Shown here: piece after piece, positions 9,892 to 19,480 of the stretch
How the letters are laid out: every line of letters starts with the position of its first letter
Position numbering within the stretch: position 1 is the first letter of the stretch
Origin: a virus
DNA: 64,000 nucleotides
Virus record (IMG/VR): IMGVR_UViG_3300010371_000029
Span: 66,269 to 130,268 of that record
Strand: one strand, 5' to 3'
The notes under the pieces: generated by a model
Seen by the model: the letters and a program-made list of their open reading frames with translations, nothing else
Databases searched by the model: none
What the model was told of the DNA's origin: nothing
Translations under genes and position numbers: made by a program

Positions 9892-10173
9892 TTACTTAGA
9901 TACAGTTTCCTTAACTTCTTCAGCTTTGCTCTTGTATAGATATTCCGGTATGTCCAGTTCTACAAACTCGGAAAAATCGTCGTGGTCGTAATATTGAGCC
10001 GCGCCCAATACTTGAATGTTCTTAAATTTAGTTCCGTCAAACCAAGCAATATGGGGCGTTCCATCGGCAGGCCCAAGTCCCTTTCCTTCCTTAACATAGA
10101 CGTAATAGGGGCCTTCGCGAAGAGTCAAACCGTTTCCAAGGTCAACAGTATTCATATCCAATAATCTCCACAT
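9892..10173 (-). CDS. Hypothetical protein
   Basis: ORF in the operon; no motif. Confidence 0.55.
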   Translation of the reverse strand: MWRLLDMNTVDLGNGLTLREGPYYVYVKEGKGLGPADGTPHIAWFDGTKFKNIQVLGAAQYYDHDDFSEFVELDIPEYLYKSKAEEVKETVSK

Positions 10174-10361
10174 TCTAAACCTTTAGTAATAACATAAATT
10201 GAGTAATCAGTAGTATAAACTGTCCCACTCCATTTTGATAATAATCTACATTTAACATAACCTCCTTTAAATTCAATAATCGTAATATAATAATATTGAG
10301 ATTCAAAATTAAGAGGAATTTCATTCTCGGATGGTCTAGTTATCCTTAATAATTCTAACAT
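10152..10361 (-). CDS. LLKITR-family small protein 4
   Basis: N-terminus MLELLRITRP. Confidence 0.8.
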   Translation of the reverse strand: MLELLRITRPSENEIPLNFESQYYYITIIEFKGGYVKCRLLSKWSGTVYTTDYSIYVITKGLECGDYWI

Positions 10362-10364
10362 GTT

Positions 10365-11168
10365 CTAGAACTCATAGTTTGCCCATACAGCTTCTAATCG
10401 CCTTTGTTTAGTAGAACCGGTAGCTGAATTATTCGGCAACTCGAATACTCGTTGAGGCTTACCGTATAGAGCCTCGTAAAGTTCGCTCTGATAACCACTT
10501 AGGAGAAATCTCCCTCTAATTTTTCCTAAAACGTCCGCAAGGACTTCATGCTCCTCTTTAGTCATTTCATGTCTATAGACCTTACGGGCACCCTTGGCCC
10601 TAGTTTCTGGGAGGTAGGGCGGGTCAATATAATAAAAAACGTTTTCGGCGTCGTATTTTTGAATAATATCGGTCGCTAAATCGTGTTCGATTTGAATGGT
10701 TCTGAACCGTTCTATTACTTTGGGGAGGTTCTCATCAATACTGGAAAGCCAGCCAGAAACAACGTCGGCCATGCCCGCGCGAGAGCGTTGAAGAGAATAG
10801 GACCAGGATTCGCCCATTCCTGAGATTGATTGTCTAAATTCAACATATGTGCTTACAGCACGTTCAATAGTATTAGATTTTTCAGATTCCTTAGCATCTT
10901 CAAAAATTTTTTCCGAATAGAGTGTTAAACTGAGTTGACGGGTAAATTCCTGAGGTTCACATTTAAGAACTGTGAATAACTCAAACAATCGTTCGTCAAT
11001 ATCATTATAAACTTCGAGTCTAGACGGCTCTTTGTTTAACAGGACAGAACCCGCCCCACCATAGGGCTCCACGTAAATTTCTGTGGCCCCAATTAGGGGT
11101 AGAAGGTGTTTGACCATGTAGTATTTTCCGCCAAACAGCTTGAATGGCGGCCGTATCCTTGTGCTCAT
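10365..11168 (-). CDS. D12-class DNA adenine methyltransferase (Dam-like)
   Basis: FGGK, YVEPYGGAGSV, EVYND, YIDPPY. Confidence 0.92.
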   Translation of the reverse strand: MSTRIRPPFKLFGGKYYMVKHLLPLIGATEIYVEPYGGAGSVLLNKEPSRLEVYNDIDERLFELFTVLKCEPQEFTRQLSLTLYSEKIFEDAKESEKSNTIERAVSTYVEFRQSISGMGESWSYSLQRSRAGMADVVSGWLSSIDENLPKVIERFRTIQIEHDLATDIIQKYDAENVFYYIDPPYLPETRAKGARKVYRHEMTKEEHEVLADVLGKIRGRFLLSGYQSELYEALYGKPQRVFELPNNSATGSTKQRRLEAVWANYEF

Positions 11169-11174
11169 ACATAC

Positions 11175-11203
11175 ATAATAGAGCTAGATGGGGACTTTAT
11201 CAA
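11175..11203 (-). promoter_or_regulatory. Sigma70-like promoter, probably giving a near-leaderless methyltransferase mRNA
   Basis: TTGATA-17 nt-TATTAT, ending 6 nt upstream of the ATG at 11168. Confidence 0.55.
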
Positions 11204-11230
11204 GTTGCTTTCAGCAACCTAGAAAGATTT

Positions 11231-12145
11231 TTAAATCGCGTCTTCGTTACGGGACCGAAAGTATTCCCGAAGCTCGTCTCGAAGCTTAATCTTATTAAGA
11301 GTAAGTTGATATAAACCTTGACTATCTTTCTTTATATCCGTATGTGGATTGAATTGGTTATCCACCAAAATTTGCCAGCGAGTTCTATAGCCCCTCGCAG
11401 CTTTTGGGCCATGCCACCGATGTAGAAGAGAGCCCGGCACATATCCTATATTTTTCTTTAACTCTAAAGCATGTTCCTGCCAAACGTGGAGCGTCTTTTT
11501 ATACTCTAGAGTACATCCTTTATGATAAGAGGATTCCACTTGGCCAATTAAAGCCCGGCTTATATGATGGTCCCCCGCCCCAAGAATTGCCCAATCAATC
11601 AGGCCGCCCATAGTTTCCCAGGCCCTTCTAGTACAGGCCCAGGCATACCCAGGATGCCAAAAATGACCCCCATAGTAACCAGACGGCATTTCCTTTCTAC
11701 CATTAACATAACTTGCGGCGAATCCTTGGGCTTTGCCAATAATCTTGCTATCGCGCGGAGGAGCTAGGTCATAAGCGTCCTCGAACATTTGGACCACATC
11801 ATAATGTTGTAACTGGTGAAGGGTTTCTTTAACCCAATCGTGTCGGGTAAATGAAACGTCAGCATCAATCCAGGCCACATATTTCCAATCGCTCGGGAGT
11901 CTAGCGACTCCTAGATTTATCATGTTTTCCTTGTGCCATAATTCCGTAGAACTAAATAACTGTAAATGCTTAGGATTAGTTCTAACTGTTACTTCATGTG
12001 GGCGGTCTCCAAAGGCCATTTCAACTGTATAAAGGTCCCCACCCGAATTAAGTACATACGGCTCAAATTCCCGATAAAGTTCATATCGAGAACGATAGCG
12101 GTTAGTATTAGATATAGCGGTTACTACGTGTAGAGTTTCATTCAT
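11231..12145 (-). CDS. Glycosyltransferase-like protein (GT-A, DxD)
   Basis: LWHKENMINLG, YVAWIDADV, HPGYAWA, ILGAGD, HRWHG. Confidence 0.65.
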   Translation of the reverse strand: MNETLHVVTAISNTNRYRSRYELYREFEPYVLNSGGDLYTVEMAFGDRPHEVTVRTNPKHLQLFSSTELWHKENMINLGVARLPSDWKYVAWIDADVSFTRHDWVKETLHQLQHYDVVQMFEDAYDLAPPRDSKIIGKAQGFAASYVNGRKEMPSGYYGGHFWHPGYAWACTRRAWETMGGLIDWAILGAGDHHISRALIGQVESSYHKGCTLEYKKTLHVWQEHALELKKNIGYVPGSLLHRWHGPKAARGYRTRWQILVDNQFNPHTDIKKDSQGLYQLTLNKIKLRDELREYFRSRNEDAI

Positions 12146-12530
12146 TAGCGGGCTCGAATTTCTCTTTTAATTCTTTAAATAATTTACGTTCAGCTTTCTT
12201 TCTTTTTTCTTCAGCCTTTTCTTGCTTTTTCTTTTCAGCTTCCGCCCGCTTTTGAATTCTCTCTTGTTTTTTAATTTCTTCTTGTTTCGCTAATTCTATA
12301 GCTTCTTTAATACCAACTTTAATTGTTTTTCTTGACTCGATAGCTAAAACTAATTTTGTATCATACCTATGATTATTTTGTTCTTCAACCCATTTCTTTA
12401 AAATATCCAACTCTTCTTTGGTTACTTCTTCAAATAATGATATTGTATCTTCAGGATAAAAATATTTTATATCCGAATAATCATCACTACCTGTATCCTG
12501 TCCATATATTTCTATAAGTTTAGCTCTCAT
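12138..12530 (-). CDS. Hypothetical protein with charged coiled-coil C-terminus
   Basis: K/E-rich helix. Confidence 0.6.
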   Translation of the reverse strand: MRAKLIEIYGQDTGSDDYSDIKYFYPEDTISLFEEVTKEELDILKKWVEEQNNHRYDTKLVLAIESRKTIKVGIKEAIELAKQEEIKKQERIQKRAEAEKKKQEKAEEKRKKAERKLFKELKEKFEPANE

Positions 12531-12531
12531 A

Positions 12532-13011
12532 TCATTCCTTATTACTTAATACACTAGGAAATATATCTTTTATGTTAGTTTCCGCGAAAAATGGAAATTC
12601 GCCCGGATAATCTTCCCAGATTCGTAGAATTTGTTCAATTAAATGTTTTTTAACCCCATGAAGGTTTAATTCAGCTAATTTATCAGGGTTGCGGGACCAT
12701 AAGCTGTTAGCTTTTAAAACCAAATAAGGAAGATTTAATTCTTTAGCAATTTCGACGTATTCATTAACATGGGCCACTGTTTCAAACACGTCGGGAACTA
12801 TAACTCGTTTGCCTAAAAGGAGATAGTTCTTTACTAAGGCTTTTGCCCAATGGTGGGATTCCTTATCAAGACCACCGAAATATTTATATGTACCTCCTAT
12901 TGACCAAAAGTCATCAATTTCTACTATAACATCGGCATAACCGGCAGCTATCATTCCACGAGCAATTGTGGACTTCCCGGCTCCTGGGGGAGACCTTATG
13001 ATTATAAGCAT
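12532..13011 (-). CDS. P-loop kinase (AAA_33/polynucleotide kinase-like)
   Basis: IIRSPPGAGKST, VEIDDF, N.HGV. Confidence 0.8.
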   Translation of the reverse strand: MLIIIRSPPGAGKSTIARGMIAAGYADVIVEIDDFWSIGGTYKYFGGLDKESHHWAKALVKNYLLLGKRVIVPDVFETVAHVNEYVEIAKELNLPYLVLKANSLWSRNPDKLAELNLHGVKKHLIEQILRIWEDYPGEFPFFAETNIKDIFPSVLSNKE

Positions 13012-13520
13012 ACTATAACTTTACCTAATCTACTAAAATTATCTCTAAATCTATCTGGCCTATTTCCCCAATATATAAATGCACAAGCCATAGGAGCACC
13101 TTTTTTAACTATTTCTCCGTTATAATAAAATTTAATCCTAGGTGTTCTAATAAAACATATAGCCGCCGCCGAATAAAATATTATTTCCCAATGTTTTGTA
13201 TTAGTGGCAACTGGTATAAGTGCTATAACTTCTGAACCTGTATTATTAGCCTCTAAACATTTATTAATCCAATCCTTAATAGTGGTTTTATCTAAATTCC
13301 GCCCATATGGGGGGTTAACGAATATGGTCCGCGCAAAAGACCAATCTTTATTTAAACCATTATTTTCTTTATTAAAATGAAAGGTTGCTGGGACCGTTGA
13401 ATAGTCGTTTGAGCAAGGGTCCAAGTCTATATAACCAAATACATTTAGGATTAATTTTATATATTCTGGAGGAGTATTCCAATCCTTATTTTTAGAGACT
13501 GATTCTCTATTAATTGTCAT
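13002..13520 (-). CDS. Phage N6-adenine DNA methyltransferase (T1 Dam-like)
   Basis: DWNTPPE, DLDPC, FVNPPYG, ALIPVATNT. Confidence 0.88.
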   Translation of the reverse strand: MTINRESVSKNKDWNTPPEYIKLILNVFGYIDLDPCSNDYSTVPATFHFNKENNGLNKDWSFARTIFVNPPYGRNLDKTTIKDWINKCLEANNTGSEVIALIPVATNTKHWEIIFYSAAAICFIRTPRIKFYYNGEIVKKGAPMACAFIYWGNRPDRFRDNFSRLGKVIVCL

Positions 13521-15297
13521 AAATAAACAGTCTCTCTATTCCTTCCTTTGACCCCGTATCCTTTGTTAGACTGCTCGTAACTCGCTTCTCCCAAACACAC
13601 TTAAAGTCGCTAGGAGCCACATATTCGCTCACGAATACGTTCGCTTTGCAAGCAACTTTTCTTGTCCATTCCCAAAATTCGTCGGAGTTGAATCCACCTT
13701 TATAAGGGGTTGTACCTCTGTAAGGAGGGTCACAATTATGAACCAAAATATTGCTAACATTAAACAAATCATCTTTATCTACGTCTAAATCAAAAACTTC
13801 TCCTTCATAAGGAATTTCATTTATACCTCTAATTCTTGTTAAGATATGGTTATTTATTATCCGACGAGAACTTCTAAATTTAATTGCTGGAACTTCATAT
13901 CCTAATTTTATTATATCTTCAGATGCAAAATAAATATCAAAAATTCTTCCCGCTCTTCTTTTTATAGATGGTTTAAGACCACATCTTAGTGCAATAGTAT
14001 ACATTTGTTCAGCTAATTTAGGACTTACTGTGCTTCCACATAATTTAGCTCTATTCCTTTCATATATTTCTAAACCTCCATCCCCCCTTAACCATCCTTT
14101 AAGGATTTCTATTTGATAATTTATTGGAAATGTCAATATATTATCATTTAGAGCTTTAAAATGTGCTGTACCAGTTATATAATCGTATAAAAATTTGGCG
14201 GCAACGGTAGAGTGTAATCTAACTTGAGCAACAGATTGCCAAGGCATTTCTTTAACAATAGCTTCTACGCCAAACGCAGTTTTTATACAATGACAAGCAT
14301 CTGCTACCCATGTATCTAATTCATCCATACAAAAACTTAGTAATATAGAATTTGGTATTCCATTAGCAAATTGTGAATGCCCCTCCGCTAAATAATAACC
14401 AAAAAATCTAAATAATTCACTGCAAATGTTTAATATTGGATATTTTTGTATGAAAGGTGAATAATATTCTTTATTAATTTCCAAATCTACAGGATTTTCA
14501 ATTCCTCCTAACGGAATTAAAACATAATCTCCTATTTTTAAATCACTAGCTCGGGTTGCTTTTTTCATGCTCCATAAATCTTCATTTGTTCTAAAATCTT
14601 GTCTTTTTTCAATATTTCTGCCGGGTATAGAAATAATTCTATGTTCTGGAGTAACTTCTATTTTATCTATAAGCCCTTGAATCTTTAATGATAATAAATT
14701 CCCTCTATATATTTTAGACATTTTATTTAAAACACGTCTACCTCCGTGAAGAACATCATTTATCTGTATGTCTTTAATTTCTTTAAATTTTTCATCAATA
14801 GTTTTTATTTTAGCGTTGGGTGGTAAGCAATAACAAAGTGACCCTGTGGGAATCGGGAGGGACTTATAATCGTAATTAGTGAAAAATACATCTGTCAAAT
14901 TGGGCACTTGAGCCATAATATTTCTATAGGCTTCCGCCCCGTAATTTCGCTTTCCTTGTCCATCACGGGCATATCCGCTCCACCACTTGCCGGAATAGCT
15001 TAGATTAAAACCCGTATACCCAATTTCAGCGGCCGAATAACATTCTTGATTATAATGGATATTATTATATTCTTCTTCACTAACCTCTTCTGGGGGAACC
15101 CATCCTCCTTGGAGCGCTTTCCACATTTCAATTAAATGAAAATGTTTATCGTTACCAATCCTAGGACCTTTAACCTTATCAATCATATTCGCGCCGCCCA
15201 CGAATGGCTCGACCCACAACTGGCCTTCTTTTCTATATGGGTCTATGACCGCAAGAATTTCTTTTGCATGACGAGCTTTGGAACCTTGATACTTCAT
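13510..15297 (-). CDS. D12-class DNA adenine methyltransferase, intein-containing
   Basis: MKYQGSK, WVEPFVGGAN; the catalytic motif is rebuilt on splicing as Y|CDPPY. Confidence 0.92.
   Translation of the reverse strand: MKYQGSKARHAKEILAVIDPYRKEGQLWVEPFVGGANMIDKVKGPRIGNDKHFHLIEMWKALQGGWVPPEEVSEEEYNNIHYNQECYSAAEIGYTGFNLSYSGKWWSGYARDGQGKRNYGAEAYRNIMAQVPNLTDVFFTNYDYKSLPIPTGSLCYCLPPNAKIKTIDEKFKEIKDIQINDVLHGGRRVLNKMSKIYRGNLLSLKIQGLIDKIEVTPEHRIISIPGRNIEKRQDFRTNEDLWSMKKATRASDLKIGDYVLIPLGGIENPVDLEINKEYYSPFIQKYPILNICSELFRFFGYYLAEGHSQFANGIPNSILLSFCMDELDTWVADACHCIKTAFGVEAIVKEMPWQSVAQVRLHSTVAAKFLYDYITGTAHFKALNDNILTFPINYQIEILKGWLRGDGGLEIYERNRAKLCGSTVSPKLAEQMYTIALRCGLKPSIKRRAGRIFDIYFASEDIIKLGYEVPAIKFRSSRRIINNHILTRIRGINEIPYEGEVFDLDVDKDDLFNVSNILVHNCDPPYRGTTPYKGGFNSDEFWEWTRKVACKANVFVSEYVAPSDFKCVWEKRVTSSLTKDTGSKEGIERLFIYDN
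13735..14829 (-). mobile_element. Intein with LAGLIDADG endonuclease in the methyltransferase (365 aa)
   Basis: CLPPNAKI, TPEH, FGYYLAEG, LKGWLRGDG, ends FDLDV..LVHN then Cys+1. Confidence 0.95.
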
Positions 15298-15503
15298 GGA
15301 GAAACATCCATGTCCCGCGAAGAATTCCAAATTTCACGCCCGCTTGGATTTTTAATTATCACCATAGCGGTCCAACCATGCTTTTTAAAAACATTTTTAG
15401 CGGCGGTTAATGCTTCATCTAGACCAAAATGTTGACTATCTTCATAATACGTAGCATCCTGAAAGGCAACTATTACTTTAAAACTTCCCATTGAAGCCCT
15501 CAT
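15294..15503 (-). CDS. Hypothetical protein
   Basis: Overlaps both neighbours in the operon. Confidence 0.5.
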   Translation of the reverse strand: MRASMGSFKVIVAFQDATYYEDSQHFGLDEALTAAKNVFKKHGWTAMVIIKNPSGREIWNSSRDMDVSP

Positions 15504-15879
15504 TAAATAAAATCTGCAAACTCGGCATTAATTTTAAATCCTTTGTTATTCTGACCCATTCCCAGGGTTTATGTTTATCGGGCTCTAAATTTTCGGGCTC
15601 ATCCATTGATTCGCCCAAATATAAAAATACTATATAATGATATCTTTTACCTATAACCTCAACATGTCTCAAAAATCTAGTCCGCGTTGTATGCATTCCA
15701 GCTTCTTCAAAAAGTTCTCGTTCCGCACAATCAATAGTTAATTCTCCATCTTCTAATTTACCACCCGGCGTATCATAGGAGCCTTTGAAGGCTCCATTAA
15801 GTTTCTTTCCTAAAAGATAGCGAGTTTCTGACCCAAATTTTCTACCTATAAGCATAGCGGAAACGATTATTGGTTTCAT
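15478..15879 (-). CDS. Nudix hydrolase (MutT-like)
   Basis: PGGKLEDGELTIDCAERELFEEAG Nudix box; ENLEPDKH..WEW. Confidence 0.9.
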   Translation of the reverse strand: MKPIIVSAMLIGRKFGSETRYLLGKKLNGAFKGSYDTPGGKLEDGELTIDCAERELFEEAGMHTTRTRFLRHVEVIGKRYHYIVFLYLGESMDEPENLEPDKHKPWEWVRITKDLKLMPSLQILFNEGFNGKF

Positions 15880-16871
15880 TATGTTCCTGGGGCTTTATAT
15901 GTGCTAAACGCACCGTTAGAATATTTTTCGGTGGTTTTTTGTATTCCAATTTGATAGATTTCTTTTTTCATAAATTCACAAATAGTCAAATCTGACCCAG
16001 GTTGTTTATTCATTCCATATGCACATAACTTGTTACACCAGAACCCTTTATTTAACTGTGGGCGGATTGTATTTTTTACTTTTTCAAAGTTTTCTCTAAT
16101 CATTTCCTTAGTTTTAATAATATCTTCCGGCTCAAAACAAATAGTAAAAGCCTTACCCAATCTAATATAAAATATACTTATCAAAATTCTTTTATATTCT
16201 GGTAGAATTTCGGATAGTGCTAAGTAGTAAAGTCTCAATTGAATATCTTCATTACGAAAATAATCATAATCTTTTACTTTTTTAGTAGGCCAAACCGTGA
16301 GGTATCCCCCGGTTTTATAATCAACAAGGTGGAGGACCCCCATTTGTGGGGATTCTAGGAAGTCGATTGTTCCCTTTAACCTTAAATTGCCCTTTAGAAC
16401 TTCATCTTTATATTTAAACTCATAAGCCGCCCACCTATCGGATAATTCTATGTCGAACGGCTTTTCAACAGAAACAACGTTTGAAGTTAGTGGATTGAAC
16501 TCTCCGTCATTAAATTCTATAGCTTTTCTAACTAAATCTAGACATTCTTCTTTATCTTCATCGGTCCATTTGAATCTATATCTAGGTTCATAATAATCTA
16601 TAGCGGCTTTAATTGTTTTTTCGGGCGTTCCATCTTTAATTTTCCACTTACTGCCAACCTCATCCTCAAAAAATTTTTCCTTATTTTGTTCTGCTAGTTT
16701 ACGTAACCCTAGTAGCTGTAAGGACTTATGTACCGCCGTGCCCTTTAGGGCCTTAAAATTGTCCCCACTTGACATTCCCAAATTATAGGTAATATAATAT
16801 TGCTGCTCACAATAGGAAAGGTTATTTAAGCTACTAGAGCGAAAATATGTAATAATCAACTCGACCACCAC
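15879..16871 (-). CDS. PD-(D/E)XK exonuclease (RecB/AddB/Cas4-like)
   Basis: SSSL...YC, KGTAVH, LKGTID, VDYKTG, QLRLY, C-terminal C..LC.Y cluster. Confidence 0.85.
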   Translation of the reverse strand: MVVELIITYFRSSSLNNLSYCEQQYYITYNLGMSSGDNFKALKGTAVHKSLQLLGLRKLAEQNKEKFFEDEVGSKWKIKDGTPEKTIKAAIDYYEPRYRFKWTDEDKEECLDLVRKAIEFNDGEFNPLTSNVVSVEKPFDIELSDRWAAYEFKYKDEVLKGNLRLKGTIDFLESPQMGVLHLVDYKTGGYLTVWPTKKVKDYDYFRNEDIQLRLYYLALSEILPEYKRILISIFYIRLGKAFTICFEPEDIIKTKEMIRENFEKVKNTIRPQLNKGFWCNKLCAYGMNKQPGSDLTICEFMKKEIYQIGIQKTTEKYSNGAFSTYKAPGT

Positions 16872-17476
16872 GATGAAAATATAGATTGATTACCTCTTAT
16901 ATACCTCGCTCGCGTTTGACACCAAAAATCAAAAACTTTATCGGAATGTTTTAATTTCATTAAATTTATAGTTTTATGGGTCCATCTAACATTTTCTGGA
17001 AAATATCCTTTTGAACTATCAATTCTATCTAATGAAGCAGTTCCTTTACTACGTTCTCCTTGTTTTGGGAATTTAATTGGAACTCCAGTTAAAGCACATT
17101 TCCTATCTTGTTTTAAAAATAATTCCCATAAAAACTCTATAGTTAAATTAAATTCTAGATTACTATGTCTAGCTCTAGCTATTATTTTTCCAAATTGGAT
17201 ACCACTTATTTCACCATAGCCTTTTCTTCTTTTTTTAGCCGCTTTTATTAAATGTTCTGGATTAGAAGTTAATAAACTTGTACCTATACCATATATTTTT
17301 AAATCTTTACCAAATTTCTTAAGATAATAACTAATAACTGTATGACTATTTAAGCTATTTTCCCTGGCAATTTGAGCCATACTTTTACCAAGCTCTACAT
17401 ACTCTTTATACAAAAATTCTTTAGTTAGTTCTTTTGCGTTCATGTTATATTTACAGGACCAGTAATCCATCCCCAC
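16856..17476 (-). CDS. Free-standing HNH-type homing endonuclease, paralogue of 4339..5334
   Basis: WELFLKQDRKCALTG..GTASLDRIDSSKGY..NVRWTHKTIN. Confidence 0.8.
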   Translation of the reverse strand: MGMDYWSCKYNMNAKELTKEFLYKEYVELGKSMAQIARENSLNSHTVISYYLKKFGKDLKIYGIGTSLLTSNPEHLIKAAKKRRKGYGEISGIQFGKIIARARHSNLEFNLTIEFLWELFLKQDRKCALTGVPIKFPKQGERSKGTASLDRIDSSKGYFPENVRWTHKTINLMKLKHSDKVFDFWCQTRARYIRGNQSIFSSWWSS

Positions 17477-18228
17477 TGTCTTAAAATATCGAACATTACT
17501 AACTGCTGAGTTTTTTCGTCCATATTAGAATTGTCAATTATTGCGTCAAAATTAGACTGGTTAAAATTTTCTTCCAATAAAGCTGTTTCAGATTTATGCT
17601 TTGGTTGGCCAATGGAACGAGTTAATTTTATTACTTTTCCGCCGATTTTTTTAATACCAAGAACTTCATTATCAAATCTGCAATCTGTTATAACCGCAAA
17701 TTTATTAGGATAGGTATATATTTCATTCACAAGGGCATCTACCCAACAATTAGTAGAAATTTTTCTACAAATATCAGTACCAAACGATTGGAGTAATTGT
17801 CTTATTGTAATATTATCAGTATTTTTAGATTCAGGATTTTCTTTTTTATGAATAGTAAAACATTCTTTTGGCAAATTAGACCATGTTATATCAAGAATTG
17901 TATTTTTATCTTCATCTGTCCCATTTAATAGCTTAATTGAAACATTAAAAACTTTAGATATAAATTCTTTTAATGGTTGAGCAAAATTATATATTCTACA
18001 AAGCGGCCATATTTTTTCTATATTTAAATCGTTATATTCCATTGGGTCATATATTTGTTCTTTGTAAGAATCTTCATCTTCTACTGGAACAATAAGTTCT
18101 GAGTTTACAACTTTCCAACATGGAATCAAATTATTAGCCGACATTGTATATCCAAAAATATGCTTTCCTAAGGTAGTTTTGCCAGATTGGCGTTGACCAG
18201 CAATTGCTAAAATTCTAGTTTCAGTCAT
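17440..18228 (-). CDS. Deoxynucleoside monophosphate kinase
   Basis: AGQRQSGKTT, NFAQPLKE, RQLLQSFGTDICR, VITDCRFDNE, HKSE. Confidence 0.88.
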   Translation of the reverse strand: MTETRILAIAGQRQSGKTTLGKHIFGYTMSANNLIPCWKVVNSELIVPVEDEDSYKEQIYDPMEYNDLNIEKIWPLCRIYNFAQPLKEFISKVFNVSIKLLNGTDEDKNTILDITWSNLPKECFTIHKKENPESKNTDNITIRQLLQSFGTDICRKISTNCWVDALVNEIYTYPNKFAVITDCRFDNEVLGIKKIGGKVIKLTRSIGQPKHKSETALLEENFNQSNFDAIIDNSNMDEKTQQLVMFDILRQWGWITGPVNIT

Positions 18229-18243
18229 TTAATTCTTTCTTTA

Positions 18244-18483
18244 TTAGAATGTCCATTCATCTACGTCTAATTTAATAGCCAACCAACCGGTAGGGACAAT
18301 AGCTTTGGTCCCATCTTTAAGGTTCAATCTATGGGTGCCACTAGCTGAAACCGCAATTTCCACCACATCGTTAAATATTAATACGCAATCTTTATAAATA
18401 TACTTCCTTTCACGTTCTGGCGGATTTAACTTTAAAAATTCGGGAAGTTTCTTTTCTGACATAAATTTCTCCTTAATAAACAT
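18244..18483 (-). CDS. Hypothetical phage protein
   Basis: VSASGTHRL..PTGW motif; no function known to me. Confidence 0.6.
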   Translation of the reverse strand: MFIKEKFMSEKKLPEFLKLNPPERERKYIYKDCVLIFNDVVEIAVSASGTHRLNLKDGTKAIVPTGWLAIKLDVDEWTF

Positions 18484-19480
18484 AATTCGATAATTCTTCT
18501 TTAATAACGCTTACTGGCATCGCCCCAATATCCGGCCCGGTAAAATCTGGTGTCAAAACTCTAAAGGACCTGGACAATTCTTCTTTAATCTTATTAGTAG
18601 CATTGAGCCCAGCTTCATCTCTATCCATTAACAGGATTACTTCCGTTACCCCTAAGCCCGCTATAAGGGCTCTCTGAGCATCTGAGAGGTCACAGCCCAT
18701 AATTCCCACTGTAGTATTCAATCCGGCTTCACAAGCCCTCAGAACGTTTCCTGAGCCCTCTACGAGGGTAATAGAGCTAGTTCTTTCAATATAGGGCCGC
18801 GCCCTCCATAATCCAAATAGATAATTACTCTTATTAAACCCAAAAGAATTCTTCCACTTTGAACAGTTAACCTTTTCTTCCGGGGTTTGGGGACATTTCC
18901 TACTAGGATGATGGTAAAATGAACAACCTTTACACCTTTCCCATAAGGACCGCCCCATATAACCTATAACACCCCTTTCATTAAAGTAAGGCACTATAGC
19001 GCGGTGGGTGGTATCCCCGATTCTAAAGTCTTGAAGTATCTGTGGGGAAAATCCACGATTTATAAAATAACGAGACGGAACGTTATAGTTAAGGGTGAAT
19101 AATCTCTCAGTAGAGGCCGGCTCCTTGAATATACTTAACCTTTTCTCTAATTTATTCCTTTCTACATTAACCTCCGGTTCTTCAATCAGTTTGCCGCCCA
19201 AGAAGTCCAGGGCGAAACGTTCCGCCTCCTTCTGATTTATCCTCTTAACACCTTGAATTAAACCTAATCCCATTAATGGGAATGACTTATGACAATTCCG
19301 AGTAAAACATTTCCAACTAGAATTTTCAAGAATACTCCACCCATTAGGGTTATTACCATCATGTATTGGACAACAACCGGCCCATCCCTTTCTAGTGCGA
19401 TAATATTCAATCCCTAAATGGTCTAATAATTCTTCAAGTCTGGGAATCAAACTTTTATTTATCTTAAACTGTAAGGTCAT
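18473..19480 (-). CDS. dnaG: DNA primase (CHC2 zinc finger plus Toprim)
   Basis: CPIHDGNNP..WKCFT, GYMGR, LVEG, LMDRDEAG. Confidence 0.88.
   Translation of the reverse strand: MTLQFKINKSLIPRLEELLDHLGIEYYRTRKGWAGCCPIHDGNNPNGWSILENSSWKCFTRNCHKSFPLMGLGLIQGVKRINQKEAERFALDFLGGKLIEEPEVNVERNKLEKRLSIFKEPASTERLFTLNYNVPSRYFINRGFSPQILQDFRIGDTTHRAIVPYFNERGVIGYMGRSLWERCKGCSFYHHPSRKCPQTPEEKVNCSKWKNSFGFNKSNYLFGLWRARPYIERTSSITLVEGSGNVLRACEAGLNTTVGIMGCDLSDAQRALIAGLGVTEVILLMDRDEAGLNATNKIKEELSRSFRVLTPDFTGPDIGAMPVSVIKEELSNYVY

Noticed and set aside
15879-16871. Cas4/CRISPR system
   Set aside because: No repeat-spacer array or other cas genes were seen; the context is replication/recombination.
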